From: Octopus bimaculoides
Taxonomy: Eukaryota
Direction: 5' to 3'
DNA length: 49,528 nt
NCBI RefSeq assembly: GCF_001194135.2
Contig: NC_068998.1
Coordinates: 28,600,098-28,649,625 of the forward strand
The translations under genes and the position numbers were made by a program. Below, in pieces: positions 21,922 through 35,866 of the stretch (positions are counted from its first letter, which is position 1; every line of letters begins with the position of its first letter). The notes beneath the pieces are model-generated. The model had not been told where the DNA came from. It did no database searches and saw only the letters and a program-made list of their open reading frames with translations.

Positions 21922-24900
21922 GTAAAAAAAAAAGAAACAAAGCATCTTTCTTATGGATATATTGGACGATGTATTAAGGGAAATAACTCTAAATATTATC
22001 CAAGACTTTTCCCCCTTCCAACAAGAGATTTTTGTAGTTAGCATATTAAGATAAGCGTAAGTGAAAACAAAGAATTAGGAGAACGACGAAACCCATTACT
22101 ATCAAACAGCAACACATATAAGAACAATTCCTTTATAATTATGTCCTTAAAGTCTCCAAAGTATTAGATATCCCATTAAGTCCATTATTGGTGATATTGA
22201 CTCTATTTAGTTTATTTCCAGCAAAAATATTTCCAGAAAAGATAGCAAGCAAGCAGCTGTAGCTGTGAGCATATCTATTTACTTCCCTTCCTTAGAGATC
22301 TCTCCATTTTAATAAAAGAATAGAAAGAAACAAACAAAATCCCTTTCTTTAAACATATTTAGCTGCTATTCTAAATTGAAGTTAAATTAAAATTTTGGCA
22401 TTAGGCCAGCAATTTTTAGTGGGAGGGTAAGTTGATTACATTGACTATCAGTTGCTACTTTACTTTCTCAGCCTCAAAAAAATGAAAGGCAAAGGTGTAT
22501 TTCAACTCTAATGTAAAAGAGCCGGAAGAAATACCACTTAGCATTTTGACTGACTCACTAATCCTAAATCCTTGAGCTTGCTGCCTTCAATTTAAGTGAA
22601 ATATAAAATAAGCAACAACCATGTATCACATGTAAGGAATTCATTTAACACTTATGAGAAAAATATTGGTAAAATCTTTTTCTCTGGTCCCTTGGCAAAT
22701 TATATTTCTGATTAAAGATGTTTTATAGGCAGTGGATTCTGATCTAAATCCTGACATTACATACTTTGCTTTTCATTCAGTAATGCACACAGATTGATTA
22801 TTTATCTATACCCTCATCCTCAAAGTGAATGGCTTTGTGCTGCTGTTATTATCCAAAGGACAATAGAAACCTGCTTTTCATCTTTCTGAGTTTGATGAAA
22901 TACAGTTCCAGTTATGCACTGCAATCATCTAAATTGACTGTCCTCGAGTCAAAATTGTGGAAATTTCACTGTATCCTCTCACAAAGTGGGTTGTCTTGTA
23001 ACATAATAAGAAATCAATATTATGAAGGATATGAAAGATGGTAGAAGAGTAGAATCAGTAGAGTACCCAGTCAAAATAACATGCAGCATTTACTTATGGA
23101 CTAGATTCTGAATCTGGCAAAGGTTCACTTTGTCTTTTATTACCCCCAAAACAGTATGATAAGTACTAACAGTGTACTGGCAATGATTCAATCATTTATA
23201 CTCTTCTCCCTACAAATCTATGGCAGTGCGCCATTGTTTGAGATCAATATTATTATTGTCAACACTTCAGATGATGAAGGAGTTAGCACTTTTCCTTAAA
23301 TTGATATCAAATTATCGACTGTGTCCCTTCCTCTATCCATATTTACAGGTCTTTCAAAGTTTCTACATTAACTTCTACTTTAAGAAATCAATTCTTACAT
23401 TTGAGATGCTGTCAAATTTAATTTTTGTTTTCTCAAAACTTCTTTGAAGTTACAAAGTTTGTCTAATGAAATATTTTTGCAAAATACTATAAAACGCAGT
23501 TTCAAAATTATTTAAATGAACTTAAAATTCAGCATTACACACATTTCTGATAAAATCTTTTTATGCTCTACAATACCTTACTTACTTTCAGGACATCAGA
23601 TATTTAGTATGATCATCATGAACTCCATCTTTCCAAACAAGACCTTGATATTATTGAATCATATAACTATGAAAGAACATGGGAGATGACCTCCAGTAGG
23701 TGTTATTCAGGTGTCATTGTCATATATTTCATCTATTCACAAGCTTATGATTAGAGTAAAACAACTCATCATTATATCATAACTGATCTATGTTAAACAT
23801 TTTCTTTGCTAGTGTTTCAGCTAAATGTGAAGATTGGCAGAAATGGTAAAGCATCTGACAAAATACCTTACAGTATTCAGATAAGTTCTTTTATATTCTG
23901 AGTTCAAATCCTTCAGGTTGGGAATGTCAATGAAATAAGCACTGGTTAAGTGTACTGAGGTTGATATAATTGATTCTACCCCATCATCAATTTTGTGGCC
24001 TTTGTGCTATATGAAAAATCCTTATTATAGTTATGTGTCTACTTACAGTGGCTGATTTATTGCTAATTGTTGAATTTCTTAAGTTCTAATGATATTCTTT
24101 TATACCTGGCCTACCCAAGATGTACATCTTCATTTCATTGACGATCAGAGATCACTTGTAATGGTACAAGTCCCACTACCAATTTTGATTAGAAACTGGA
24201 ATTAAAAGATTCCCCAAGCATCTGATATCTAGATGGTTATCGTTAGTTGGACTCATACTACCGCCAGTTTTGGGGACAAAGTCTGCTGTATGGTCAAATG
24301 TAATTTCTATGTTTCTTTTTGGAGTTTCTGTAATAATATGTAGCTTTTACAAAGTGTCATAGTTAATATTAGTGAACTTCTAATCTAGAACACTGCTTTA
24401 TTGTAAAGTTTCAACTGTGAATTATTCTAAAGTTGTTACGGAGAATAAACATAAAAATTACAGTATAGAAATTAGTGAATTAAAGTTTTTTTTTGGATAA
24501 AAGCTTACAGAAAAGTGACAACAATGAAATTAACTTGACCTTAAGCCTAAGCTGATGACTTTTATTCTATTTTTATAAACGTTGCTAAATGCAGTTTCCT
24601 CATAGTCAGAGGTAGTGTTGTTCGCAGAATTGACAATGAATTAATGACCTGGAATTATTGATTTTGGTTTCACATGGATTGTTTCTCAACTGTGTAAATT
24701 AATGTTAATGTTGTGGCAGAAAAAATTGTTAGTTCAGAAAGATTCTACTATTAAGAATCTCTATTAGATTCTGATTAAATATTTGGAGGATTTTCATACT
24801 TCTTCAAGTTGTTGCAACCAAGATAGGTCTTACAATGCAGTGCCAAAAATATCTAAAACCCATTAGCTTTGTTAGATCTTCAATTTCATGTTGTTGAGCG

Positions 24901-24984
24901 ATCTTCATCTTCTGTTAGTGTGTGAAAGTCTCCAAACTATTACATCTGATTTAGCCTGTTGTTCAGCATGATATCCAATTGAAT

Positions 24985-25800
24985 TATGGTTTGCCAAATG
25001 AGGTTGTCAAAGCCAAGACCATCACATGAAAGCCCAATAAACTTTGAGCAAAGCAGAGATGATTCAACTAAGACATGTCCAACAACCATAGGAATCCTAC
25101 AGGAAGACATAAGAGCTCCTTTTTTCTTTGTGATTGTAGTGAACTGCATTCTTAGGCAAAGCCTTAACCCCACCCAAGGTTTCACTATTAAGCAGAAGCA
25201 ATCAAGATGTTAGCAAAGCATGTATCTCTCTAATTTTGACTACACTGACAATCTTGCCCTCATAATTCATTAACTGTGTGATGTGTAAGACTTGTTATCA
25301 ACCCTTGCAGCTAAAGTTTCTCTGTTTCTCAATACAACAAAGACTGAATACATGAACAACAATGAAAATACAAGCTCCCTGCAAATTTGTTGTAATGATG
25401 GCTCACATCTCAAGAGGTCAGTGGCTTCAAGTTCCAGGCATACAAGTGACAAACCTGAAGCACCTGTAACAACCCTAAAGTACCTGCAACAAGCTTCACA
25501 ATAACAGGTAGTCAAGTATTTCTAAGTCAACTATGATGATCTTCCTAAGGACATATGAAAAGAGCATTTTTCTTTAAGGAGTCCAAGCCTGGACTATGAG
25601 GAAAGAGTTTCATGATTGCCTCGATGTATGTATGCTAGGCCTTTCATAAGAGTCGGAACATCTCTTGGCAAGGTGAACACTTATGGACATATTATACCAA
25701 TCTCTACAATTGTTACTAATGCAGGACAGGCTTTGCTGACCACTGCTAGCTTACTGACCAACAGACCACATAAGATTTTATATTTTGGAGACTTTTAAGG
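24985..25800 (+). mobile_element. Old non-LTR RT fragment (RTE-like)
   Basis: YGLPNEVVKA; TTIGILQEDIRAPFFFVIVVNCILR (cf. GVLQGDTLAPxLFIIVLDYxLR); NFDYTDNLAL (cf. LDFADDIAL). Confidence 0.75.
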
Positions 25801-27661
25801 ACCACTTACATTGATGATATTAGCAGAGATACACAGATTGAAATTGAGGACCTACCAAAGTTAAAGAGACTAAGAAATTCTTAACACGGGTGTAATTGTT
25901 CTTAGGTTTGACAGCTCGAAGAAAGAAACTTGTGACAATTGGTCTCAGATATACACATTTGAAATTCTCCAATGACTTAAAAGTTTGATATTAGCAGATA
26001 GTAAATATTGATTTTGATGTTGACATTGAAATGGAATAGTATTTTCATAAATTTATGGTTCCTTCAGCTCTATTTTGAAATAGTTTCACCATAATATTAG
26101 TTTATTATTGATGATATCCTTTCAAATTCTGTCAATATATTCTCATGATGTATTTCAAGGTTCAATTTTGGAGTCATTCATTAAATAGAGTAAGGTTTTA
26201 CAATGACGAATCATGAGAGCAGAGCGTCTATGTAGGATGAACAGGGAGTTGAAATACTTATTTTCATTTACTTGATATAACCAAAAAATTTTTTAAAAAG
26301 GTATGTTTATATTTAAACCAGCCATTTGTACAGACATAAAGAGAATATAAAAAGGAATAAAAATGCGAGCAAGCAGTGAGACTTGGACCTATATTTTATA
26401 ACTTTAGTGTAATTACCAATAAGTTATGAGTCCCTACTTTTTACACTGAGGTTGTTTGAGAACTCTTATTAATCTTTGCATATGCACAATTTGTATATAT
26501 GGCAATATGTTACATCTGGTATTTTGATTGTAACTGTACAGAATCTCTACATATGTTAGATTTAATGTAATCACTCATTGCAAGATTTCTTTGAAGATAC
26601 TAACCAAAGTAATTAAACTGGGGCTACAGCAATGGAACATTTTTAGCCATCCTTTCATAATCCCACCATTTTTTATATACATTAATTTGCTGAAATGTAA
26701 ATAGGTACTTACTGTTCAATTCTTGTTTTTTTTTTATTAATAAATCTAATTTAACATTAAATAAGTAAAAAACGTCTTTCCAAAACTTGGTTTTGTTTAA
26801 GATTAAAAATGGTAATTTTATAATTTGTGGTAGTACATTTTTTGGCAATGTATATTTGCATTAAAATTTTCACAGCCACTACTGCTATCTTAGAAAATTC
26901 TCTCTGTCCAACCCATGCCAACATGGAAAGCATACGTAAATTGATAACAATGATGAAGATGCTAATGATAGTGGTAGTAGTGGTAGTGATGATGATGACA
27001 ATGATGATGATTCAAACATTCTTGTTCTAATCTTACCATGAAATTACTTTTTCATATATTGATGTTTTGGGACATGAATTCACATTGAGAATCTTGTAAA
27101 TCAAATACAAAAATGTAATTTTTCACATAATTTCTTGAGACTGGACATAAGTAAATGTTGCTTATAAATTCAGTTGAGTAAGTAAAATACAACTACAATA
27201 CATATCACTCTAGACTAACTGTAAAAGTTATCTGCAGAAAATAGATTTACTTCAAATCACTTTGTGATACCCATATAAATTCACTAATCTTGATCTTGGG
27301 GTATTAGTGATACTTCATTTCTTAAAGGGTTACATGACAACTCTGATAAAGTTCTAAATTCCTAGATACAAATACATGTCACTATAAAGTTGTAAGCCTC
27401 TAATCATCTCATCTACTTTTCTATTGTTCACTATTGAGTGAGATATGGGACAAGAGTAGCACCAGATGGCAGATGGCAATAAACACATGTATGTAAATTG
27501 AATTTTTATGTAAACAGTATTTACCAATTATTTTTTTATGTCATATTTTAAATTCATTTTCTGCTAAATTATTTATGTTGTAAGTAGGCCCTTGAAGTAG
27601 GACAACATACAAATTTAATATTTTTGCATGATATTCAATGTTTTTGATATTATTTTTAAAC

Positions 27662-27870
27662 AAATGGTGGCAAGCTAATAGAATTATTACTGCACCGGAC
27701 AAAGTGATAAGTGGCTTTTTTGTTCATTTTTATATTCTGAGTTCAAATCTCACCTAGGTCAAATTTGCCTTTCATCCTTTTGAAGTTGATAAAATAAAGT
27801 GCTGGGAGTGATGTAATTTATCAAACTTCTTTCCCTAAAATTGTGGTCCTTGTGCCAAATATTGAAACAA

Positions 27871-27910
<40 letters not shown>
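27662..27910 (+). mobile_element. SINE remnant with (TTA)n tail
   Basis: ttctgagttcaaatc...tttgcctttcatccttt...gataaaataa...ggccttgtgccaaa-like body, ending in (tta)n. Confidence 0.6.
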
Positions 27911-27915
<5 letters not shown>

Positions 27916-28020
27916 CAGGAAATTGCAAAAACACACACACACAGATTAATATAAATATTTACTTGTGAATGTGTGTGTGTTCATACATACATACATATAT
28001 TTATATATTTATATATATTA

Positions 28021-29940
28021 GGAAGAGAGTCAGTCTAGAAGAGATGCAGTTTAGGTTTGTGCCAGGGAAAAGCACCACTGATGCTATATTTCTGGTAAGA
28101 CAGCTGCAAGAGAAATACTAGCCAAAGATAAACCTCTGTACCTAGCTTTCGTTGACATGGAGAAAGCCTTTGACAGGGTTCCCCCGATCCCTTATCTGGT
28201 GGTCAATGAGGAAACTAGGGATAGATGAATGGTTAGTGAGAGCTGTACAAGCCATGTACAGGGATGCTGTCAGTAAGGTGAGGGTTGGCAATGAGTACAG
28301 TGAAGAATTCTAGGTAGAGGTCCACCAAGGATCAGTCCTCAGCATTCAGCCCTCTCTTATTCATCATAGTCCTCCAGGCAATAACAGAGAAATTCAAGAC
28401 AGGATGCCCCTGGGAACTTCTCTATGCTGATGACCTTGCTCTAATAGCTGAGTCACTATCAGAACTAGAGAAGTTTCAGATCTGGAAGCAAGATCTAAAC
28501 CTGAAGAGCCTTAGAGTCAACCTAGCAAAAACCAAAATTCTAATAAGTAGGAAGGCAGACAAACCACAAATCCCTTCAGGTAGATGGCCCTGCTCGATCT
28601 GTAAAAAAGGCGTAGGTAGAAACTCCATAAGATGTTACCCAGTGTAAGCTATGGACACATAAGAGGTGCAGCAATGTCAAAGGAAGGCTAACTGGGAAGA
28701 TAGTTTTTGCATGTGGCAAATGCACAGGAGCTTCTGTCACATTCCAGGAAGAAAAACTACAAGTAGTTGATAGCTTCTGTTACCTAGGTGACCAAGTCAG
28801 TAGCAGGAATGGATGCTCTGAAAGTGTAGCTGTTAGAATAAAAATAGCCTGGGCAAATTTCAGAGAACTCCTACCTCTGCTGGTGACAAAGGGCCTCTCG
28901 CTCAGAGTAAAAGGTAGACTGTATGACGCATGTGTGTGAACAGCCATTGCTACATGGCAGTGAAACATGGGCCGTGACTGCTGAGGACATGCATAAGCTT
29001 GCAAGGAATGAAGCCAATATGCTCCACTGGATGTGTAATGTCAGTGTGCATACTCGACAGTGTGTAAGTGCCCTGAGAGAAAAGTTAGACTTAAGAAGCA
29101 TCAGATGTGGTGTGCAAGAGAGACGACTGCACTGGTATGGTCATGTGTTGTGAATGGATGAGGACAGCCGTGTGAAAAAGTGTCACACCTTAGCAGTAGA
29201 GGGAACCTGTGGAAGAGATAGATCCAGGAAGACCTGGGATGAGGTGGTGAAGCACGACCTTCGAACATTGGGCCTCACTGAGGCGATGACAAGTGACCGA
29301 GACCTTTGGATATATGCTGTGCTTGAGAAGACTCGGCAAGCCAAGTGAGACCATAACTATGAGCTATGCCAGTGCAGCATAACCAGCCTGTTTAAGAATA
29401 CCCTTCAATCATTGAGCAATAAACTGTGCTTGTGAAGACCTGTTGAGGCAAGTGAAATCGTTGTCGTGGCCGATGACAGTACCGCCTGATTGGCACCCAC
29501 ACCAGTGGTACGTTAAAAACAACGTTCGAGTGTGATTGTTGCCAGTGCCACATGACTGGCTCCCATGCAAGTGGCATGTAAAAAGCACCATTTGAGTGTG
29601 ATTATTGCCAGTGTCGTCTGACTGGCTCCTGTACCGGTGGCATGTAAAAAACACCATTTGAGCATGGTCGTTGCCAGTGCTGCCTGACTGGCTCCTGTGC
29701 CAGTGGCATGTAAAAAGCACCATTTGAGCATGGCCAGTGCCAGTACTGTCTGACTGACTTCCATGCCAGTAGAATGTAAAAAGCACCCACTACACTCTCA
29801 GAGTAGTTGGTGTTAGGAAGGGCTGTAGAAACTCTGCCAGATCAGATTGGAGCCTGGTGCAGCCTTCTGGCTTGCCTGCCCTCAGTCAAACCGTCCAACA
29901 TGGAAGGCTGACATTAAACAACAATGCTGATGATGATGAT
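28021..29940 (+). mobile_element. 5'-truncated RTE-clade LINE, same family as 12083-13355
   Basis: QF(R)FVPGKSTTDAIFLVRQLQEK, AFVDMEKAFDRV, HQGSVLS, LLYADDLAL, LLHGSETWAV, LHWYGHV, KTRQAK* (stop at 29348); 3' UTR and (GAT)n tail. Confidence 0.93.
29480..29790 (+). repeat. ~60-bp tandem repeats (about 5 units) in the RTE 3' UTR
   Basis: Unit approx. gttgccagtg...tgactggctcctgt.cc.gtggcatgtaaaaagcaccatttgag, with internal gccagt/actggc complementarity. Confidence 0.85.
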
Positions 29941-30916
29941 ATATATATATATATATGCATGTATGTGTAAATATGTATGTATGTGTAAATAATGAGATAC
30001 ATATACATATATGCTAATGTGCACACATATTGCTTGTTTGTTCATTCATTTGTCTAATGTCAATTTTTCTGTGTTAGCATGAGTTTGGCGATTGTATTTG
30101 AGGCAGGATTTTCTGTCACCACCTCTGACCTGTTTTCCAAGTAAGAGATATATCATTCTTTAATCCACATGTCTTTGACTACATGGAGTGATCTGTCATA
30201 ATGTCAACAAAGAATGTCTGCTTGGCTCAAGTGCTGATGAATGTGAAACATATAAATATTTTCACACATTTGCATGCATCCTCATGCATGCTCTCTCACA
30301 CGTACATGTGCATGCATGTGTGTGTGTGTGTATGCATGTATGTTTTTTTTTATTTATTAGTATTCTTTCTTGAATGTGGGAGCTGGTTTCAAACAAAGAA
30401 ACAAAAGCTCCATCAGTGGAGCTTCAATGACAACAATGATAACTGAAGATATATTCCTCAGGGTAACTAACCTCTATGACTGTACATGACTTTTCTGTCC
30501 CAAACAACTATGTCAGGTCTGTTAAGTAGAAGTTTTGAGGGAAGTGTTTCACCAATATTTTTTTACTGATATATAAGTATGTATTGCATAGAACAGGAAT
30601 TGTGTATATTAAACAATATCATGTCATATAGGGAGGTAGTATCTCAATGGCATTTTTGGACATCTCTTCATTACATGTGTTATGTGAGAAATTTGTTTGA
30701 TTTGAAGGTAACAGACATTTTTGTTTTGAAAATTAGTATTCATTTCATCATTTTATATAAGCACCAAGAAATTTTATAAAAGTTAGATTATAATTATTGT
30801 ATGTATGTTATATTTTCTCATATTACCCATGGTGGCAAAGTGTACTTTCAAAGTTACCTGTCATATGATGGATAACACTCTAGTATTACATGCCATTAAT
30901 TATAGCTCTATCTGTA

Positions 30917-32147
30917 TGAGGGTGGGCTGAAAAGTTCATAGGCTGACTATGAAGGAAAGGTGCTAGAGCTGTGAATTCTTGCATTAATTTCAACTCTTCT
31001 TCTTAACAATTACATTGTTTCTTTCCAGGTAAACTGACATCTAATTGTTCAAAGAAGACTTCAAAAGTAACTAGTAGTGATTTTTCTTGAAATTGGACAA
31101 AATTTGGCATGATGGTGTTATCAAGTAGAAAAAGGGTATAGCAATCCCAAGGACATTCATGCTTACATGGTTGCTACATTAGGAGATGATGCTCCAACTT
31201 TATCAACAGTGCAAAAGTGGGCAGCTGAATTTAGGAGGGGAAGGGAGAGTCTTGAGGATAACCCAAGGTCTGGATATCTTGCAGCAGCCACCACTAAGGA
31301 AAACATTAATTCCGTTCATGACATGGTGATGGATGACAGGCATTGATTATAAATCAAATAGCCAATGCCATTAGCATATCCCATGAGAGAGCTGAGAATA
31401 TTCTGCACAATGAACTTGGCATGACGAAGGTTTCTGCTCGGAGGGTGCCATGTCTTCTGATACCTGATCAAAAGCGCACCAGGTTGATCATATCACAAGA
31501 AAAGTTGACATTGTTTGAGGCAGTTCCAGCTTGTATCCTTCAATATTTTCTAAGCCAGGATGAGTGTTGGGCAGAGACAAATCAACAATCCATGCAATGG
31601 AAACACTCCTCCTCACCTGCTCCAAAGAAGGTCAATATCATTTCATCCGCAGGGAAGATGACGACCTGAGTTTTGGGGATGCAAAAGGCATTGGCTATCT
31701 TCAAAAGAGCCACATCATCATTGTTGAGTACTATGCCTGCTTGCCGAGGCAGTTACAATAGGCTATCAAGACCAAATGCCCAGGAAAACTGACGAACGGG
31801 GTCTTATTTCATCAGGATAATGCTCCAGCACACAAGTCGTTAGTTTAAATGACTGTGGTTTTGAACTCCTTGATCACCTTCCCTTTTCTCCTAATTTCAC
31901 CCCATCTGACTATCTTTTATTCCTCAACATGCAAAAACAGTATCATAGTGATGATGTCATATCTGCTGTTCATGATTTTGTTTGAGCAACAGGATGAAAG
32001 CTTCTTCACCAATGGGATCCAAACACTGAAACACTGATGGAAGAATGTATGGACTGCAAGGAGGGTACTATATTGAAAAAGAATCCTCATTTGGTTACAT
32101 TCCATGAGAGTATCTTGGTCAGCCTATGAATTTTCAGCCAATACTCA
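30917..32147 (+). mobile_element. Full-length decayed mariner (DD34D) element (1231 bp)
   Basis: TA TSDs at 30915-30916 and 32148-32149. TIRs tgagggtgggctgaaaagttcataggctgac and gtcagcctatgaattttcagccaatactca. Confidence 0.93.
31093..32077 (+). pseudogene. Mariner transposase pseudogene
   Basis: TVQKWAAEFRRGRESLEDNPRSG; KVSARRVPCLL (WVPxxL); SQDEC (TGDE); FHQDNAPAHKS; HLPFSPNFTPSDYLLF (HPPYSPDLAPSDYxLF). Stops and frameshifts present; boundaries approximate. Confidence 0.9.
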
Positions 32148-33141
32148 TACTTCAAAAATCAATTACAAAATTACAAAAAAGAAATTATTCTACATTTTCA
32201 CAAAAGTTTATAAATTCTTATGACTCCAACAAACCTACAATTCTTGCTAGTAAGAATATAGTTTCTAAGATGGATAGAGAAGTTCAAAGGAATACTTTGG
32301 TACACTGGTAAAACACCTGTCATGTCCACTGGAGATGTGGATTCAAGTCCCATTAAGCAAATATTTGACTTTTTCTATCCAAAAGGGATTTTCAACCCAA
32401 TATTTACATTCTATTATTTATAGCTTTATATGTGCTTCAAGATCCAATTCCAAAAAAGAATTATTCCATGTTATCTTGAAAATTTATAAATTCCTATGAC
32501 GTCAACAATGTATGTATGAATGTGAATATATGCATGCATGCTACTCATGTTTTGAGTTCTATTTTCCATTTTCCTGGTAGTATCACCAAACCTACATATA
32601 TGTTTATGCATGTATGTATATATAAATATTATATATAAATTTTATTCATATATTTTACATCTGTTTTTCCATGCTGGCATTGATTAAGTGAATATATTGA
32701 GACACTGAAGACCTTTGTTGTTACAAACCCTTACTTTCTTTTCAAGTAAGGGATCTCTTATTTCAACAAGCAAAGTAGCTAGTTAGAAAATCTCTATCAG
32801 AGATGAAAGTAGTTACTAAACTGAGAAGAAACGTTTATCACCACATCAATATGGCTGTTCGATGTTACTACCATTTTTAACACTTGTCTTTGAAGGTGCT
32901 AAACCTGTGAAGGATATGTTGAAAGGAGAAAAGACCATGTTCACTGACTTTACCTTCTCTATTACATAACAGCTCAATAATAAAATTTTTAGAGTCAGGG
33001 AAAAAAAATCTTAGTACAGGATATTTAGAATCTAGTCAGTGTTTGTACAACTATGATACTTACTATTATTCTGATGAAACTTCTATAAGAAAAGTACTTG
33101 CTGAGCAACAAACAGCTCTTAATATGTGCTTACTGACCTAG

Positions 33142-33360
33142 ATATTTCTTTTTATATTGCCCCCTCCCCACTATTATTTATTCTGCTTGACTATGAAAAA
33201 AAAAAAAAAAACAAAGCTCATGTTTTCTTTTCAGACCATATATGATGAAGTTAACAGTATGTTCAGAAATCAATTGAGATCAATTATGAGATGTTAGTTG
33301 TTTATTTTATCTTGTGGAGGCTATGATAATAAATGTGAGGAAAGGTGTGGAAACTGCTGT
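33142..33360 (+). repeat. Diverged local duplication, copy 1 (copy 2 at 34215-34422)
   Basis: Shared ctattatttattctgctt...gctcat..ttcttttcag.ccat.t.t.atgaagtta...ttcaga.atcaattgagatcaattat...tgtgaggaaag.tgt..aactgctgt. Confidence 0.85.
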
Positions 33361-34214
33361 GTGCAGAAGAATTTTGAAACTTAGAAAGGTAACTTTGAAA
33401 AAGAAACACTATATACATGGTATGCTATCGAAAGTATTATGAGTGTGATCTTGTTTGATGATGTTCAAAAACATAGAAATCCTGAACTTATGTGTTCATG
33501 ACAAACAGTAAATTCACAAAAAAGTCTTTTCATGATTGGCTTGAACAGTTATGAGCTAGTTCTTGCAAGTAGTTGGCAATGTCTTCTACTAAGTTAAATA
33601 GATTTGTTTTAAAGGTCAATCTAATGATAATGCAGTGACTAGGAGCCAAAGTTAAGAAAATTATTATTTTGTAATTGAATTCTCTGAAGTAACTGAAAAA
33701 AATGCAAAGTGATATTTCTCTAGCTGTACAACTCTATCAAGGTCATCCTTTTTGTGGGTCAATAAAATAAAGTATCAGTTACATATTGAGGTTGATTTAA
33801 TTTGTCTTAACGCATCCCTAAAATTGCTAGCTTTGTGCCAAAATTTGAAACTATTATAATTCTATTCATGTCTGGGAAGTGCTATGGGAATATAAATTGA
33901 CCTGGTTGTTGATTTGCAAGTTTATATTATTTCCCAGTAACAATGAAAGGCAAAGTTGACTTCAGCTGGATTTAAACTGAGAGCTTATGAATTACCAGAC
34001 CCAGCAATTTGTTAAGTATACATTATAGACAGATGTTAAGTGGCCATGCATGTCAAGATGAAAGATGCTGATTGAAATGAGAGATTATTATGAAACTAGC
34101 TGTCTTTGAAAATTTTGCAGTAATTATTTTTCATAATTTTCATAGTTTAGTAATTCAGCTGCAATGGTCAGACTAGTCAGATGTTTGCATAGCATTCTAT
34201 GTGTTTTAAGCTTA

Positions 34215-34422
34215 TATTTCTCTTCATACTGTCCCCACTCTCTCGCTATTATTTATTCTGCTTGGTTAGAAAAAAAATGCTCATACTTTCTTTTCAGGCC
34301 ATGTGTAATGAAGTTAATAGTACATTCAGAGATCAATTGAGATCAATTATTAGTAGAAAGTTGTCTGTTTTAACTCATGGGACCATCATAATAGTTGTGA
34401 GGAAAGTTGTAGCAACTGCTGT
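34215..34422 (+). repeat. Diverged local duplication, copy 2
   Basis: Aligns by eye to 33142-33360 over its whole length. Confidence 0.85.
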
Positions 34423-35866
34423 TCTATAACATATTAAGTTTTATTGAGTAACAGTCACCAGTTCACATTGTAGGTAAAAATATGGTTACGTTTTATATTT
34501 TAATATTCTTTGTGAGATATTTGAAAACTTTGTGAGATATTTGTAAGGGCTGGTTGAGTAGATTTATGGTCAAAAGCTGCCCATTCATCTCTAATTTTTA
34601 TTATTTGTTTCATAACATAGTTAGCTAAGAAGACTTTATCCAGTTAGTTCCTCTTTTTTGGAAGATGGTTGAGTGTCATTTGAGGGAGACACAACCACTA
34701 TTTGTAGCAGGCCAAGATATCATGTGAGAGCTCCCTCATTCACTCATGGAAAAAGGTAGATGCTATTAGCCTCTCACCTTCAGTTCTGTACTAACCAAGC
34801 AGACCTAATAGTAAATTATTTTAGCATTTCCATCCCATATTTTCTTCCATATATGATAAATCTAGAAGCAATTTATCCAATTTGTCTTTCCCTTCTTAAG
34901 GTATGGCTTAAGGAGGTTTAACTATTGTTTTGAACAGATTTAGCAATTACATGGCGATTCCTTCATTATAGTTATGCTTATGATTATTATTGTGGATGAT
35001 GTGGAAATTGTTAGGAATATTTTTATATAAGGGTTTGTTGTAGAACATGTTAAGTCATTTCTTGAGAAAACCAATGGCATAATCACAAATATTTTGGAAC
35101 AATCTCAGATAATGATATATGTGATGTTTTCTATATTGTTCAAGTCTTTCTTCATAGTTTGATCAACATTACATCTTCAGTGATTCTGTCCTTACAATCT
35201 ATAACTTCATGAAAAAAACATTGTCTCTAAAGATAAAAGGTTAAGATATGATTCCTAAATTGAATAGCTTAGGAAACTGTTTTGCTGCCATGTTTGCTAC
35301 TTGAATTATGGTTTACTAAAAAATAGTATTAAGCATCCAACCACCTCAGTTTGTAATACAATTTTGACTTCCAATAATGCTATTTTCATCTCACTTACAC
35401 ATTGTATGTGCTATTCCAGCTATAATTAATATCCTGGAAACATAAGCTCTACAAATTTGATTTAATAAACCACTTGTAAAGAAAGTCTATTGTGATATTA
35501 CACAGACACACTGCTAAATAAAGTCTTCTTTAATCTTATCTTAATATAATGGAACATACACTCACAAGGACACAGATGATCTGAATGAAGTCTACACTCA
35601 TGTCCCACTGATGTGCTATAAATCTGTTGTTTGTATCTTCTCTTTGTGTCATGATTGAGAATACTAACAACAGTTTTAATCTCTCATCTGGTTTAATGTT
35701 GTTGCTTGTCTATTAGGTGCCTTTAACATTACTAATCAAAAGTTTGCTGCCTTCCTTCCTCCTACAAGTCATGGAGGTCTCAATGGACATTACTTTTCCT
35801 CCTCTGAATAAACAATAAAGAAACGAGGTGTAAGATAGCTGATCTCTCAATAGTACAAATTAACCT

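Noticed and set aside
23586-23666. Minus-strand segment with good acceptor and GTAAGT donor
   Set aside because: Stops in all three frames and no supporting evidence.
29480-29790. CRISPR-like regular repeat array
   Set aside because: Contiguous tandem units without unique spacers, inside a eukaryotic LINE 3' UTR; no cas genes.
32151-32506. Diverged ~80-bp direct repeat (32151-32232 and 32436-32506)
   Set aside because: Short, AT-rich and old local duplication with no evident function.
35717-35811. Terminal-exon-like frame GAFNITNQKFAAFLPPTSHGGLNGHYFSSSE* followed by AATAAA
   Set aside because: Two frames are open, no homology was recognised, and no linked upstream exon is established.
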